A stretch of DNA of 43,880 nucleotides from a virus (lineage: Duplodnaviria; Heunggongvirae; Uroviricota; Caudoviricetes), in IMG/VR virus record IMGVR_UViG_3300045988_187204. The stretch is one strand, 5' to 3'. The position numbers and the translations under genes were made by a program. The notes beneath the pieces are model-generated. The model searched no databases. It was not told the DNA's origin and was given only the letters and a program-made list of their open reading frames with translations. Below, one piece after another: positions 17,204-27,117 of this stretch. Within the stretch, counting starts at the first letter, position 1. Each line of letters starts with the position of its first letter.

Positions 17204-20200
17204 TTAATATGCGTGGTTCAGCTTGCGCGCTGTGTATTTGGTCGTGTAGTCACTCACCTTGTTGCCCATGGTTGAGTTATAGACCAGCAGGAACGTCGCA
17301 CTGTCGCCCTGTCCCATCTCTATGTAATCTTTGTTGCCGCAGTTCTCATCGAGAATCAAAGGTAACTCCTCTTTGTTCCATGCGTAGGAATCGCTTTTGT
17401 CTTTGATCTTGTTGCGCCCATAAATGAAGAAGTTTGTCGTGCCTGGCTCAGCGACCACCGTAAATGTCACGGCGAAGTTGGTAGATGAGCCACAGCCTAA
17501 TGCGCTGCGCACCTCAGACAGTGTTGGCAGCGTTATGCCGCTTGACGAGACGTAGCTGTAGATGAGCCAGACGTTATTCTCAGAAATCTTGGCATAGCCA
17601 TTATAGATGGTGTTTTTTGTGCTAAGCGCATATCTGCTATACTTATATCCACCTATCCATCCATTGAGTACGCCATTGCCAGCACCTGTGAAAGCAAAAT
17701 TATAGGCACCGTTTTTAGCCGAGAGTATGGCTGCGATATTGTAACCAAGCCCCCACCAGTCGCTGCTGTCCTCATTTTCGAATCGAGCCACCGCACGCTG
17801 TCCTGATGACGCTGGTAGTACGTTGCCACCGATGCCCGCAAAGCATTTATGGGTATCGTTGCGAAATATGATGTATGCATCATTGGTAAATGGGTCGTTT
17901 GTCAGACCCGTGCCCTGGATAGTGAATCCAGCGATCTTGCCCGCCAATGCCTCCATGGAGCCATCTTTGTTGATTTTGAAATTGCTGTTGGCCGTGACCA
18001 CACCGTTAAGGTTGATTTGGTCTGCCGTGATGGTGGCAGAGGAGATGCCGTTGGCAATCATTGTCTTGATGGTAGCCTCGGATAGAATCTTGCCATCGAC
18101 ACCCTCGATTTTTGTAGTCAGCGCATTGTAGTCTGCCGTCACAAGCAAGCCACCTTTGTTTTTGAGCGTGCCATCGGCATTGAATCGCTCGCTCATCAGG
18201 GCGTTGTAGTCAGCGGTGGTGATAAGATAGCTCGTATCTTTGAGCTTGCCATTGGCATCGAAACGAGCAACTGCCGAAGACCACGAATCGGCGTTTTGAC
18301 TGACCAACGATATAGTCGGACCATAATCGTTGCGTATGTCTGAGCCTACGCTGTCGGCGTGTCTCCTGGCTTCGGCAACGGAACTGTTGAGGGCATTGTA
18401 GTTGTCAGACATAGTCCCTTGCAAAGTGTTTTTGGCTGCATTCAGCTCGTCTTTTGTCGCAGCCTTGCCCACCGTGGTATTGATGCCATTGACCGTTATA
18501 TTTAACTCAGCGAGTGCCGCCTTGGTGCCGTTGGCAGTATTGGTGACGCTCTCGACACGTGCAGTGATGCTGTCGATGTCGGTGTAGATGCCAGAAATTT
18601 TCTCGTTTGTTCTATCCTGCCAGGTGTTGATGAGGTCGATGCGACCTGCCTCTATCTCTATTCTTGACGAGAGTGTTGTGTTGAGTTCGCCGTATCTCTT
18701 ATCGACATATAGGCGTATTGCCTCTTTCTCAGCGTCCAGCTCGATGCCGAGCTGAGTTGTGGTACCATTGACCTTGTCGATGTTTTGTCCCAGCAGCTTG
18801 ATGTTTTTGGCCGTCTGAAGTATTTGTGTCGAGACGGTCTTGCTCAGGTTGTCGAGCGGCTCGTCGGTGATGGTGAGCAGCGCGACGTAGATGTCTTCTG
18901 TATATCGGAGCACGAAGTCGCCGGTGCCATTCCACTTGCCATTTAGCTCTACCGTCTGCCACTCTGCCGAGTATGGCACGCTGACGCTCTGGGCTGACAG
19001 GTCGTTGGTCTTGCCTTCGACAGCCTTGCAACCCTCGAAGCCAAAGGTGAGGGTGCCAGCAGTCTTGGCGTAGATGCGAGCACTTATATATAAGGTGTCT
19101 TGCACCTCGGTGTAGTCATCGCCAGTGGTGTTCATGCCATCCTCGCCTTTTTCTGCCGATGGCTGGGTATATTCCTTGTGGGTACCGGGTTTGCGGATGA
19201 GATCATTGGCTTGTTTGATGCCGCTGTCCTGTATGTGCAGCATGTTGCGACCCTCGTTGTTGTCGATGCTCACTCGGTGGTTGCCACTCACGGTGGCGGC
19301 ACCATTGACCATGACAGGTAAGCCATTGGCATCGACCCAGAACTGGGACTCGTCTGTATCGTCGATGGTCCAGCCATCAATGAGCTGCTCATCGTTATAG
19401 CCTATCGCCGTCAGAAACTGACCGTTATGGAGGTAGTTGTTCTCCTCTGTCGCCTCGTAGGAGGTCTGTGCGAAGCGGGTGGCGAACTGGTTCTGCAGCA
19501 TCTGTATTTTGGTGTCGATGCTCTCACCTGTGCGGCGGAGCACGAAGTCGCCCGTGGCGTAGAGGTTCTGCAGGAACTCACCGAAGCCTGATAGTGCACC
19601 GAAGAGTGGATGGGTGATGCCCCGTAAGTTGCCGAGGCGACCTTTGAGCGCATTGTCTGGGTCTGTCTTGAGACCATAGATGATGTCCATGTAGGGCGTA
19701 TCGCTGCCCACAGTCATCATCTGTATGATGCCCTTGCGGTCGGGGTCGGTGAGGTTGTCGACCCTAACAAAAGTGTCTCGCTTGGTGATGAGCTGCTCTG
19801 CGGTGGCACCCTCCATCGATGAGGTGAAGTTCTTGAACTTGACCCATGCTTGCATATCCTCGCCACTGCCCTCGCTGCCCACCTCTGTCACGATAAGCTC
19901 GTATCGCTTGGTGACATAGTGATTGTTTTCGGTGGAGGGCATGCCATTGTACTGCTGCACCATCACGTAGTCATCCTTGCGGAATGGGTTGTACATCCTG
20001 CCCTCGTGGGTGTCGAGATAGACCCTGCCTGTCTCTGGATCGTAGTGGTCAACCTCTAGCATCGCCGTGAAGATGCGGTTGTCATTCTCGCCCAAGAGTT
20101 GGGAGATAATCATCTCGAAGATGCGCATGGTACCACGCACGATGAGATTATCGAGCTCTAGACCATACCTATTCTCTTGCACCCCGGCAGCGTTGGTCGT

Positions 20201-20683
20201 GGGGTTGTTGGCGAGTCGCCAGCCCTTGCCATCGAGGAAGCCCGAGACGAAGTCGGGAGAGCCTATGGTATCGTCAAAACGAGCAGCGCCCTTGACGTGC
20301 AGCGCACTGACTGTCGCCAAGCCCCACGCCAGGATCTCTTCGATGCAAAGCTTGTAACCCCCATTCTCTTTTGTGGCGAGGCAGAAGCCTTTTTGACCAG
20401 CCTCGGAGTAGTCATCAGTGGCGATGGAGTGGGCGATGATGTCGCCCTCTTTGGAGAAAGAAAAGAGGTTGCCTATCTTGATGCCCTTGAGAAAGGTGAT
20501 GAGCCCATGGGCTGTATCGTCGTTGATGGCGGAGAGTTTATCGTTGTCAGCAGAGGAAGCATAGTCGAGCAGGGACAGGAAGGCGTTGCCAATGCGGCTT
20601 GCCGTATTGGCGTGCTTGACTCTCTCGTCACGGATGCCCTCGAAAGCCTCTCTGATTTTGTTGATGTCTTTATTTTCTGCCAT
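17204..20683 (-). CDS. Large tail fibre / host-specificity-type structural protein
   Basis: 1159-aa ORF, ATG at 20683; size, Asn/Thr/Gly-rich C-terminal half and position beside the DGR target cluster; no catalytic motif recognised. Confidence 0.55.
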   Translation of the reverse strand: MAENKDINKIREAFEGIRDERVKHANTASRIGNAFLSLLDYASSADNDKLSAINDDTAHGLITFLKGIKIGNLFSFSKEGDIIAHSIATDDYSEAGQKGFCLATKENGGYKLCIEEILAWGLATVSALHVKGAARFDDTIGSPDFVSGFLDGKGWRLANNPTTNAAGVQENRYGLELDNLIVRGTMRIFEMIISQLLGENDNRIFTAMLEVDHYDPETGRVYLDTHEGRMYNPFRKDDYVMVQQYNGMPSTENNHYVTKRYELIVTEVGSEGSGEDMQAWVKFKNFTSSMEGATAEQLITKRDTFVRVDNLTDPDRKGIIQMMTVGSDTPYMDIIYGLKTDPDNALKGRLGNLRGITHPLFGALSGFGEFLQNLYATGDFVLRRTGESIDTKIQMLQNQFATRFAQTSYEATEENNYLHNGQFLTAIGYNDEQLIDGWTIDDTDESQFWVDANGLPVMVNGAATVSGNHRVSIDNNEGRNMLHIQDSGIKQANDLIRKPGTHKEYTQPSAEKGEDGMNTTGDDYTEVQDTLYISARIYAKTAGTLTFGFEGCKAVEGKTNDLSAQSVSVPYSAEWQTVELNGKWNGTGDFVLRYTEDIYVALLTITDEPLDNLSKTVSTQILQTAKNIKLLGQNIDKVNGTTTQLGIELDAEKEAIRLYVDKRYGELNTTLSSRIEIEAGRIDLINTWQDRTNEKISGIYTDIDSITARVESVTNTANGTKAALAELNITVNGINTTVGKAATKDELNAAKNTLQGTMSDNYNALNSSVAEARRHADSVGSDIRNDYGPTISLVSQNADSWSSAVARFDANGKLKDTSYLITTADYNALMSERFNADGTLKNKGGLLVTADYNALTTKIEGVDGKILSEATIKTMIANGISSATITADQINLNGVVTANSNFKINKDGSMEALAGKIAGFTIQGTGLTNDPFTNDAYIIFRNDTHKCFAGIGGNVLPASSGQRAVARFENEDSSDWWGLGYNIAAILSAKNGAYNFAFTGAGNGVLNGWIGGYKYSRYALSTKNTIYNGYAKISENNVWLIYSYVSSSGITLPTLSEVRSALGCGSSTNFAVTFTVVAEPGTTNFFIYGRNKIKDKSDSYAWNKEELPLILDENCGNKDYIEMGQGDSATFLLVYNSTMGNKVSDYTTKYTARKLNHAY

Positions 20684-20699
20684 ATTTTTTATTTTGATG

Positions 20700-20707
20700 C
20701 AAAGATA
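20700..20707 (-). promoter_or_regulatory. Putative -7 promoter element (TATCTTTG on - strand) upstream of the large tail-fibre gene
   Basis: + strand TGCAAAGATA about 15 nt upstream of the ATG at 20683. Confidence 0.3.
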
Positions 20708-20735
20708 GGTATGATGAGAACTATATAAAAATACG

Positions 20736-21194
20736 CTAGATCGGTGTGCCGAACATCTGCTTGAAGATGTCTGCCATCAGTCCCTGGTACTCATCGCCAT
20801 AGAAGTAGCCCTCCATGTCGTTGAGCTTCATGATGGAGGCGTAGTACTTGCGATTGAACCATGGACGGCGCTGTCGTGGCTCGCCGAGGTTGTGCTTGGC
20901 ACGGTACTCAGGGTCGAGGAACTCTAGGTCGCCGGGGTTGCCATGGTAATAGCCATTGCCTGTGCCCGTCTCTTGGTAGAGACCGTAGAGCAGGAACTTG
21001 TGGGCTATCTGGCGAGAGGAACCGCCAAAGGATGTGGCTTGGACAGAGCTGAAGAGGGCACCGGTATGTCGGATGCGATAGTGGATGATTTTCTCTTTCC
21101 AGATATGCACCATCTCCTCTGCCCATCCTCGCTCGTAGGCGTAGATGTCCTCTTGTGAGACGGGTTGCTTGATGTCATTCGTTCCATTCCTCAT
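20736..21194 (-). CDS. Hypothetical virion protein
   Basis: 152-aa ORF in the - strand structural operon. Confidence 0.4.
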   Translation of the reverse strand: MRNGTNDIKQPVSQEDIYAYERGWAEEMVHIWKEKIIHYRIRHTGALFSSVQATSFGGSSRQIAHKFLLYGLYQETGTGNGYYHGNPGDLEFLDPEYRAKHNLGEPRQRRPWFNRKYYASIMKLNDMEGYFYGDEYQGLMADIFKQMFGTPI

Positions 21195-21705
21195 AATTAT
21201 ACTCCAGGTCTAGTGGCTCGCTCACGTCAAGATGGAACTCGACGCCTGTGAGACCGTTGATGAAATAGGCACCTATCTCTCGGCTGTCTATCTGGTCGCT
21301 GAGGGTGTAGGTGTTATAGTTGTCTTGCCAGTTGTATTTGTCGATGACAATCTTGCTCAGGAACTGTCGGAATATCTTGCGGCAGGTGTTGAGCTTCTCT
21401 TGTCGGTCGTTCATGTCGAACTGTTTGTATCGCATGAGAATCCACACGGTATAGGTCATCACCTTGCGATAGCTGCCATCGCCGTTGATGGCGACGTTGC
21501 CCTCGTTGGTGTCGTCGATGACCACGAAGTTTTTGCTCTTCGCCATATTCTGTAGCATGCCCTCAAACGAGGCAGGGGTGCTGCAGGTGGTTGGAGTGAA
21601 GCCAAGCTCGGAGGTGAGCTTGTTTTGGCGGGTGAGGTCTCTAAAGTAAGAGAAGGCATCGAACCCCACCTGAGTGTCGGGAGTCTTAACATCTGTACTG
21701 ATCAT
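21175..21705 (-). CDS. Hypothetical virion protein
   Basis: 176-aa ORF; overlapping neighbours. Confidence 0.4.
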   Translation of the reverse strand: MISTDVKTPDTQVGFDAFSYFRDLTRQNKLTSELGFTPTTCSTPASFEGMLQNMAKSKNFVVIDDTNEGNVAINGDGSYRKVMTYTVWILMRYKQFDMNDRQEKLNTCRKIFRQFLSKIVIDKYNWQDNYNTYTLSDQIDSREIGAYFINGLTGVEFHLDVSEPLDLEYNYEEWNE

Positions 21706-22499
21706 GATTTTTGTTTTAATCGTTTGTCTAACTCGTCAGCCTCGCGAGCCTTGGCATCCAGTTCGGTGAGTGCTCGCCATACGTCTGAGTCTCTAATCTG
21801 CCCTTCTTTGGTGATGTCGCCGCCCGTGAGGGCACGGATCTGGGCGTTCATCGCCTCTATCATATCGTAGTCGCCATCAGCTGAAGCTGGCTTGAAGAGG
21901 TGTGGAAAACTTGTGGAAAAGTTTTGCTTGACCCACATGAACCACAGGAAGGCACCCATCACCTCGACTGGCGTACACTCGATATGTTCGGGTGGGTTGC
22001 CCTTGGCATCGAGATAGAGGTAGCGCATCATCTCTCTGAGCGGTGCGTCGCTCGACTGGTCTGACTGCAGAAACTGCTGGAAGTAGTTGTCGGCGATGAG
22101 GTAATGTTGAAATGGGTACTCGTGCAGCTCGATGTCGGCGGCTTGGAAAAGCCCGATATGATCGAGGCGGTTGTCTGCGCCCTTGCCGTCGAATATGTAG
22201 TCGAAGGCTTGGCAGAAGTCTTGCACTTGCCATAGCTGAAGGAAGAAGCGCACAGTCTTGCCACTGTCTAGCTGGGTTTGGCAGAGCCATCCGTCTTTTT
22301 TCTCGTTGAGCACCTCGATGCCGGCGAAGCGAGCGAAGAGGTAGGTGCGCACCTGCCACTCTTGCCACCCTTGGGTGAGGAGGTAGAGCACGTAGCGCAG
22401 CTGGTCTTGGGTGAGCTCGCCCCAGGAGTGAGGCACGTGGAGGTTGAGCGTGCCGTCAGCCAGCAAAGAAGAAGGTTGTGTCGTCAGCATTGTTTTCAT
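21702..22499 (-). CDS. Hypothetical virion protein
   Basis: 265-aa ORF; 4-nt overlap with the downstream gene. Confidence 0.4.
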   Translation of the reverse strand: MKTMLTTQPSSLLADGTLNLHVPHSWGELTQDQLRYVLYLLTQGWQEWQVRTYLFARFAGIEVLNEKKDGWLCQTQLDSGKTVRFFLQLWQVQDFCQAFDYIFDGKGADNRLDHIGLFQAADIELHEYPFQHYLIADNYFQQFLQSDQSSDAPLREMMRYLYLDAKGNPPEHIECTPVEVMGAFLWFMWVKQNFSTSFPHLFKPASADGDYDMIEAMNAQIRALTGGDITKEGQIRDSDVWRALTELDAKAREADELDKRLKQKS

Positions 22500-23301
22500 A
22501 AGCTATATTGTGGCTAGCCTTGTAGGCGGTGGAATCTCTATATTTGGCGAAGTCATCGATGTTATCGTCTATGAGGGAGAGTAGGCTGAAGAAGAGTTTG
22601 TCTCTCGCCCTGAGGTCGATGGAATCGCCGTTTTTTGTGATATGGCACCCGATGAAATCGTAGATGCGCATGATGGCGACCCGATGGGAGGTGGTCGGGA
22701 ACTGAGCCTTGCGCTCCTCTTCGAGCAACTGGTCTATCTGGGCATCGGAGAGTTCGCGGCGCAGGAAGGTCTCGGCTTGGTCTATCTCGCCCTTGTGCGC
22801 CACGAGGTCATCGAAGGTAAGCTTGCCGGGGATGCCGCAGAACTTGTTGAGGATGTATGGCGACCAAATGAAGGAGCGGATGGTGTTGAAGGCTTGCAAG
22901 CTGTCAGCCCAGCCCTCGACCTGTCGCAATCGGTTGATGACGTTGTGCTGGGCGTAGTCTCGCCTGTAGGCAAGCTCGTGCTCCATGGCATCGACACGAG
23001 CCTGTGAGGCTGGGGCGATGTTGTCGTTGGAGACCACCCCGAAGCCGTTGTCGGTCATGATGATGTCGTGGGAGTGGAGACTATCGAGGAAGGTGGCCAG
23101 TATGACATAGTCTCTGGCGTAGCGCTGCAGGGGCGAGTCTTCGGTCGAGACCGCTTGCTCGGCATCTGCGCCCACGACGGTGGCGATAAGATCGTCAAAA
23201 TGGTTCTCGAAGGATGGCTGCATCTTGGTGAAGACATCCTCGGAGGCTGCCGCCACGAATGGCAGCAGCTGCTCGAACTGGTTTATATCAATCTGTATCA
23301 T
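22456..23301 (-). CDS. Hypothetical virion protein
   Basis: 281-aa ORF. Confidence 0.4.
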   Translation of the reverse strand: MIQIDINQFEQLLPFVAAASEDVFTKMQPSFENHFDDLIATVVGADAEQAVSTEDSPLQRYARDYVILATFLDSLHSHDIIMTDNGFGVVSNDNIAPASQARVDAMEHELAYRRDYAQHNVINRLRQVEGWADSLQAFNTIRSFIWSPYILNKFCGIPGKLTFDDLVAHKGEIDQAETFLRRELSDAQIDQLLEEERKAQFPTTSHRVAIMRIYDFIGCHITKNGDSIDLRARDKLFFSLLSLIDDNIDDFAKYRDSTAYKASHNIAYENNADDTTFFFAG

Positions 23302-24694
23302 CTTGTTGCTTTGATTTTAGGTTGTTGGAAACTTGCTTGGCATCCTTGTTCTCGTCGAGGGTGGTGAGCATGATGAGCGGCACGTCTGGATAGACCTTCT
23401 GCTCCCAGTGGTTGAAGTAGATGACCACCCAGTGAACGGTCTCCATGAGGTCGTGGAACGCCTTCTCTATCGACTGCTTGAGGGTGAAGAGCTCTCGCTT
23501 GTCTGAGCCAGAGTTGTTGGTTTGGCTCTTGCCCGGTGTGGCGCCCACGAGATTAGGGTGGATGTTGTCGGCATAACACTGCATGTTGTTGCTCTCGGCG
23601 ATGTCGTCGCTGTAGTCACCGCCATCCTTTGAGGTGTCGATGCGCGTGATGCGCACCATCTTTACCTCTTTGCCATCAGGTGTGGTGTAATAGCCCGCTA
23701 TCCAGAGCTTGCCGCTATTCTCGATGCCTGAGATGAAGGAGCGGATTTTTTCTTTCTCCTTCAGCTTGCGCTCCTTTTGCTTTGCCTTGTCGGTGATGTG
23801 CTCCTCTTGGAAGATGCCACGCCAATAGTCGTTGTGTATCTCTACGAGGTAAGGGATGGCAGCGTGGTTTTTGAGCTTTGCCATCTTGCCGATGGCGATG
23901 AGCCGGGAGATGTCGTACCACTTGTCTCGGAAGATGGCGCTGTAGTAGGGCACGGGGTAGTATTGACTGCCAGGAGTAGGGAAGCGAGTCACGATGGCGA
24001 AGACTCTGTCTTTGCACTTTGCTCCACCCGTCTGTCTGGTCAGGGTCTGTCCGCTTTGACCGTCGAGCCCCATGCGCTGCTGTAGGTCGCCCAGTGGGTC
24101 TAGCTCGTCGAGGAGTGGCAGCACCTCGATGTTGTCGGGATTGACGGCATTGCGCCAGTTGGCATAGAGCACGTATTCGGAGCGACCGTTTTTGCTCTGG
24201 GTGAACCGACAGTAGCACGCCTCTTTGTGCCGTATGCCCACGATGCGATCGCCCTTTTTGTTGAGGATGATGGCTGAGACACAAAAGAAGAAGTACTTCA
24301 TGTCTGTGATTTGCTCGAGGAAGAAGCGCGAGAGGTTGTTGTGCATCTTGAAGAGGTTGACCTCTTTGTCTTGTGTCGGAAGCTTTGTCTTGATGTCGTT
24401 GTACTGGAAGCCCATGCCGTAGCAGGTGAGCACGTTGAAGAGCTTGTTTTGCGCCATCACGCTGCTCTCGCCGATGTTTTTGATGAGCTGGTAGGGCAGC
24501 TTGTTGTCTGCCCCGAAGGGGATGTAGGTGTATCTTTGCTTGTCCACCTCTACGGAGACGGTGGGTGTGGTACCATCATCATCGAAGATGGATGAGGACT
24601 CGACGAAGCCGCTGGTGGGCGACGAGGTCTGGTAATCGAGCACCTCGCCCATGGTGGCGTATGTGATGTCTATGTTATTGCTTTTGTCTGCCAT
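23288..24694 (-). CDS. Large virion morphogenesis protein (portal or tail-sheath-size candidate), function unassigned
   Basis: ORF track 23288..24865; start refined to ATG at 24694 (MADKSNNIDITY…), 468 aa. Confidence 0.45.
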   Translation of the reverse strand: MADKSNNIDITYATMGEVLDYQTSSPTSGFVESSSIFDDDGTTPTVSVEVDKQRYTYIPFGADNKLPYQLIKNIGESSVMAQNKLFNVLTCYGMGFQYNDIKTKLPTQDKEVNLFKMHNNLSRFFLEQITDMKYFFFCVSAIILNKKGDRIVGIRHKEACYCRFTQSKNGRSEYVLYANWRNAVNPDNIEVLPLLDELDPLGDLQQRMGLDGQSGQTLTRQTGGAKCKDRVFAIVTRFPTPGSQYYPVPYYSAIFRDKWYDISRLIAIGKMAKLKNHAAIPYLVEIHNDYWRGIFQEEHITDKAKQKERKLKEKEKIRSFISGIENSGKLWIAGYYTTPDGKEVKMVRITRIDTSKDGGDYSDDIAESNNMQCYADNIHPNLVGATPGKSQTNNSGSDKRELFTLKQSIEKAFHDLMETVHWVVIYFNHWEQKVYPDVPLIMLTTLDENKDAKQVSNNLKSKQQDDTD

Positions 24695-24699
24695 AATCT

Positions 24700-24960
24700 T
24701 TATAAGTATATTGAATGGTCGTTGTATCTGAAGATGAAAATGTCTCTCACCTTGCGTATCTGGTGGTTGACTGGGTTGTAGAGGGTGTGGGTGCCGTTTT
24801 GCCAGGATGAGGACTTGACGAGCCATCCCCTGTACTGGATGATGGAACCATCGCCGCCCTTCCAACAGTCGATGTCAACGGGCGAGCGGTCGATGCGCGA
24901 GATGTCGAGGGCACGGCGCAGCTCGTTGATGTGTATTGCCTTGGGTGTCTTGTCTGCCAT
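24700..24960 (-). CDS. Hypothetical small virion protein
   Basis: 86-aa ORF with ATG at 24960, ending 6 nt before the next gene start. Confidence 0.4.
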   Translation of the reverse strand: MADKTPKAIHINELRRALDISRIDRSPVDIDCWKGGDGSIIQYRGWLVKSSSWQNGTHTLYNPVNHQIRKVRDIFIFRYNDHSIYL

Positions 24961-24977
24961 ATATCTGAAGATGTTTT

Positions 24978-26039
24978 TTAGTTGAACGTATCGTCGAAGG
25001 AGTCGTCGAAGATGCGACCGCCCGTATTGTCGATGTTTTTGAACACGACATTCTGGACTCGCTGGGCATATTGGTAGCTGAAGGTGAACTCAGCCATGTC
25101 ATCCAGCTCGTTGGTGCGCTCGCTCTTGGAGTCGGTGAAGGTAATCTCTTTGTCCTGTGTGTAGTCACGGAACAGATAGATCTCATCGGAGCGCAGCAGG
25201 TCTTCGGCGAAGTGTGCCATGGACGGAGGAATAACACCTGTGTCGCCCTCGAAGGTGCGGGTCTCTTTGACGGAGTAGTTGATCTTTTTGCCGCTGATGA
25301 CGGCGCTCTTGCGCTCGAAGGTAGGTGCAATCTTCTTTTTGCCTAGGCAATAGAAGATCTCTTGGCACCCGAAGGAGTTGGTGAAGAGGAGCACCGGGTC
25401 GGCGACCGCCTCGGTATGGTCTATCTGGAAGTCTTGCACTCGCTTGCCCACGGTGACGGTGTAGGCGAAGAGGTCGCCACGGTCGGCATCGTAGTAACGG
25501 TCGGGCGAGACATCGAAGGTGGTGATGTTATTCACCGTATGGGTAGGGGTGGCATCGGCGGCGATATTGCCCTCCACGACCTTGCCGTCTTTGTAATATC
25601 GGGCTGTGACGGCGGCAGTGGTTCTGTCGGCACCTGCGGCATGGAGATATTCACGGTGTCCGAGCTGTGTGAGCTTGGCACCATCGAGGAGGGTGAGGAA
25701 GTATTGGTCGAGGAACGACTGGCACGACATGTTGATGTCAACGGTGGCGTAGTAGGCGGTGAACTCGCACGACCAGTTGGCGACATCGCTCTCGCCATTG
25801 TGCTCGACAATCTTGATGGCGCACTTGGCGACCACGGTCGTGCGCACGGCATCGGAGATGAGCGTGCCGAGGTCGTAGATGGTGATGGTGCCAGCCACTG
25901 GGTAGTAAGTCTCGCTGAGCAGCTCTTCGCCCTCGCAGGTGATGGTAACGGTAGCGCGCTCGCCACCTATCTTGAAGGAGAAGGAGTCGAGCGCACTGGT
26001 GAACAATGGCGAAGATGGTTGGTTGGTAACTGTAATCAT
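24978..26039 (-). CDS. Hypothetical virion protein
   Basis: 353-aa ORF, ATG at 26039; preceded by TGCAAAGATA at 26061-26070. Confidence 0.45.
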   Translation of the reverse strand: MITVTNQPSSPLFTSALDSFSFKIGGERATVTITCEGEELLSETYYPVAGTITIYDLGTLISDAVRTTVVAKCAIKIVEHNGESDVANWSCEFTAYYATVDINMSCQSFLDQYFLTLLDGAKLTQLGHREYLHAAGADRTTAAVTARYYKDGKVVEGNIAADATPTHTVNNITTFDVSPDRYYDADRGDLFAYTVTVGKRVQDFQIDHTEAVADPVLLFTNSFGCQEIFYCLGKKKIAPTFERKSAVISGKKINYSVKETRTFEGDTGVIPPSMAHFAEDLLRSDEIYLFRDYTQDKEITFTDSKSERTNELDDMAEFTFSYQYAQRVQNVVFKNIDNTGGRIFDDSFDDTFN

Positions 26040-26080
26040 ATCAATGTCTCATTAAAACGATGCAAAGATAGGAAGGAAGG

Positions 26081-26123
26081 GGAGAAAATAAAAATACCTG
26101 ATTGTCATCACGACAACCAGGTA
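26081..26123 (-). terminator. Intrinsic terminator (- strand) after the small-gene cassette
   Basis: Stem TACCTGATTGTC / GACAACCAGGTA (11 of 12 bp), loop ATCAC, U-rich flank on the - strand (+ strand GGAGAAAATAAAAA). Confidence 0.4.
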
Positions 26124-26216
26124 TCGACTCATGGAGCTGACCACGCCTTGTTAAGCCTAAGGCTCCATTCCGAGACTGTTTTATGTTGTAAATGAAAAAA
26201 AATGTGCTTGTCTTGC

Positions 26217-26528
26217 TTACTCTTCGGGCTGTGCGCAGTTGATTATCCAGACGAGTCTGCCACCCTCGACAGACTTCATCTTGAAGCCGTGCTCGACCAT
26301 GTACTCGGTGATGACGGGGATGGGAGCGACGACCATGCCGCTGATGGCCTCTTGTATATCTTTGGAGGATAGGAAGTCAACGCATTGGCTGTATGGGTCA
26401 TCGCCCGGTGTGTCGCCCTCGAAGTAAGCGTCGAGCGCCATGCGCACATAGTCGATCTTGCTCTCTTGCTCTGACTGTTGCTGCTCGTCGCTGTTAGCAC
26501 TGAAGCCCATCACACGCATACGTTTCAT
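26217..26528 (-). CDS. Hypothetical small acidic protein
   Basis: 103-aa ORF; 4-nt overlap with the upstream gene. Confidence 0.4.
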   Translation of the reverse strand: MKRMRVMGFSANSDEQQQSEQESKIDYVRMALDAYFEGDTPGDDPYSQCVDFLSSKDIQEAISGMVVAPIPVITEYMVEHGFKMKSVEGGRLVWIINCAQPEE

Positions 26529-26794
26529 GCCTCACCTCCTTTCGCCTCCAGTGCTATGTTGATGGTCTTGAAGAGCTTGCTCATGTGGTCGAAGTTGTTG
26601 AGCATGAGTAGCACTTTGTCGGCACCGCCGAGGTCTTCGACACAGTTGGTCACCACCTCGTCTGAGATAAGCACCTTTTTGACTTGCTCTAGGTACTCGA
26701 TGAAGTAGCTGAGCTGGTTGACATCCATCATTTCTACGAGCGCATTCCAGACCTCTGCTGTCATGTGCATATTTGTTGCGTTGTTTGTGTTCAT
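26525..26794 (-). CDS. Hypothetical small protein
   Basis: 89-aa ORF; 4-nt overlap with the upstream gene. Confidence 0.4.
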   Translation of the reverse strand: MNTNNATNMHMTAEVWNALVEMMDVNQLSYFIEYLEQVKKVLISDEVVTNCVEDLGGADKVLLMLNNFDHMSKLFKTINIALEAKGGEA

Positions 26795-27042
26795 GCTACG
26801 ACTCCTCCCATCAGATAACCACCAAAGAAAACCACTGCCATGAAGGCTGCGAAGCCTAGTGTGGCCTTGACCACCTCGCCGTAGGTCACGCTCTCGTCGC
26901 AGAGTGCGGTGAAGGTCTCGCTCTTGGTCTTGGCGAGCTTCTTGATTTCACACTTGAGGGTATTGATGCCCTCGTTGACGTTGATGCCTACAGGTCTCAC
27001 CTGCGCATCATTTAGTAAAATTGAATTCTGCATAATTGCCAT
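26791..27042 (-). CDS. Small tail-anchored membrane protein
   Basis: ORF track 26791..27081 starts at TTG; first in-frame ATG at 27042 (alternative at 27033); C-terminal hydrophobic segment LGFAAFMAVVFFGGYLMGGVV. Confidence 0.35.
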   Translation of the reverse strand: MAIMQNSILLNDAQVRPVGINVNEGINTLKCEIKKLAKTKSETFTALCDESVTYGEVVKATLGFAAFMAVVFFGGYLMGGVVA

Positions 27043-27117
27043 CTTTAACGCATATAGACCGACCTTGATGTATAAATACAATGGTGGCGGTCACATTCAC
27101 CGTTGCGTTAAAGATGG
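27039..27117. promoter_or_regulatory. Operator-like inverted repeat at the head of the small-gene cassette
   Basis: CCATCTTTAACGCA (27039-27052) and its exact reverse complement TGCGTTAAAGATGG (27104-27117), 51 bp apart; a third copy of ATCTTTAACGC at 27283-27293. Confidence 0.35.
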
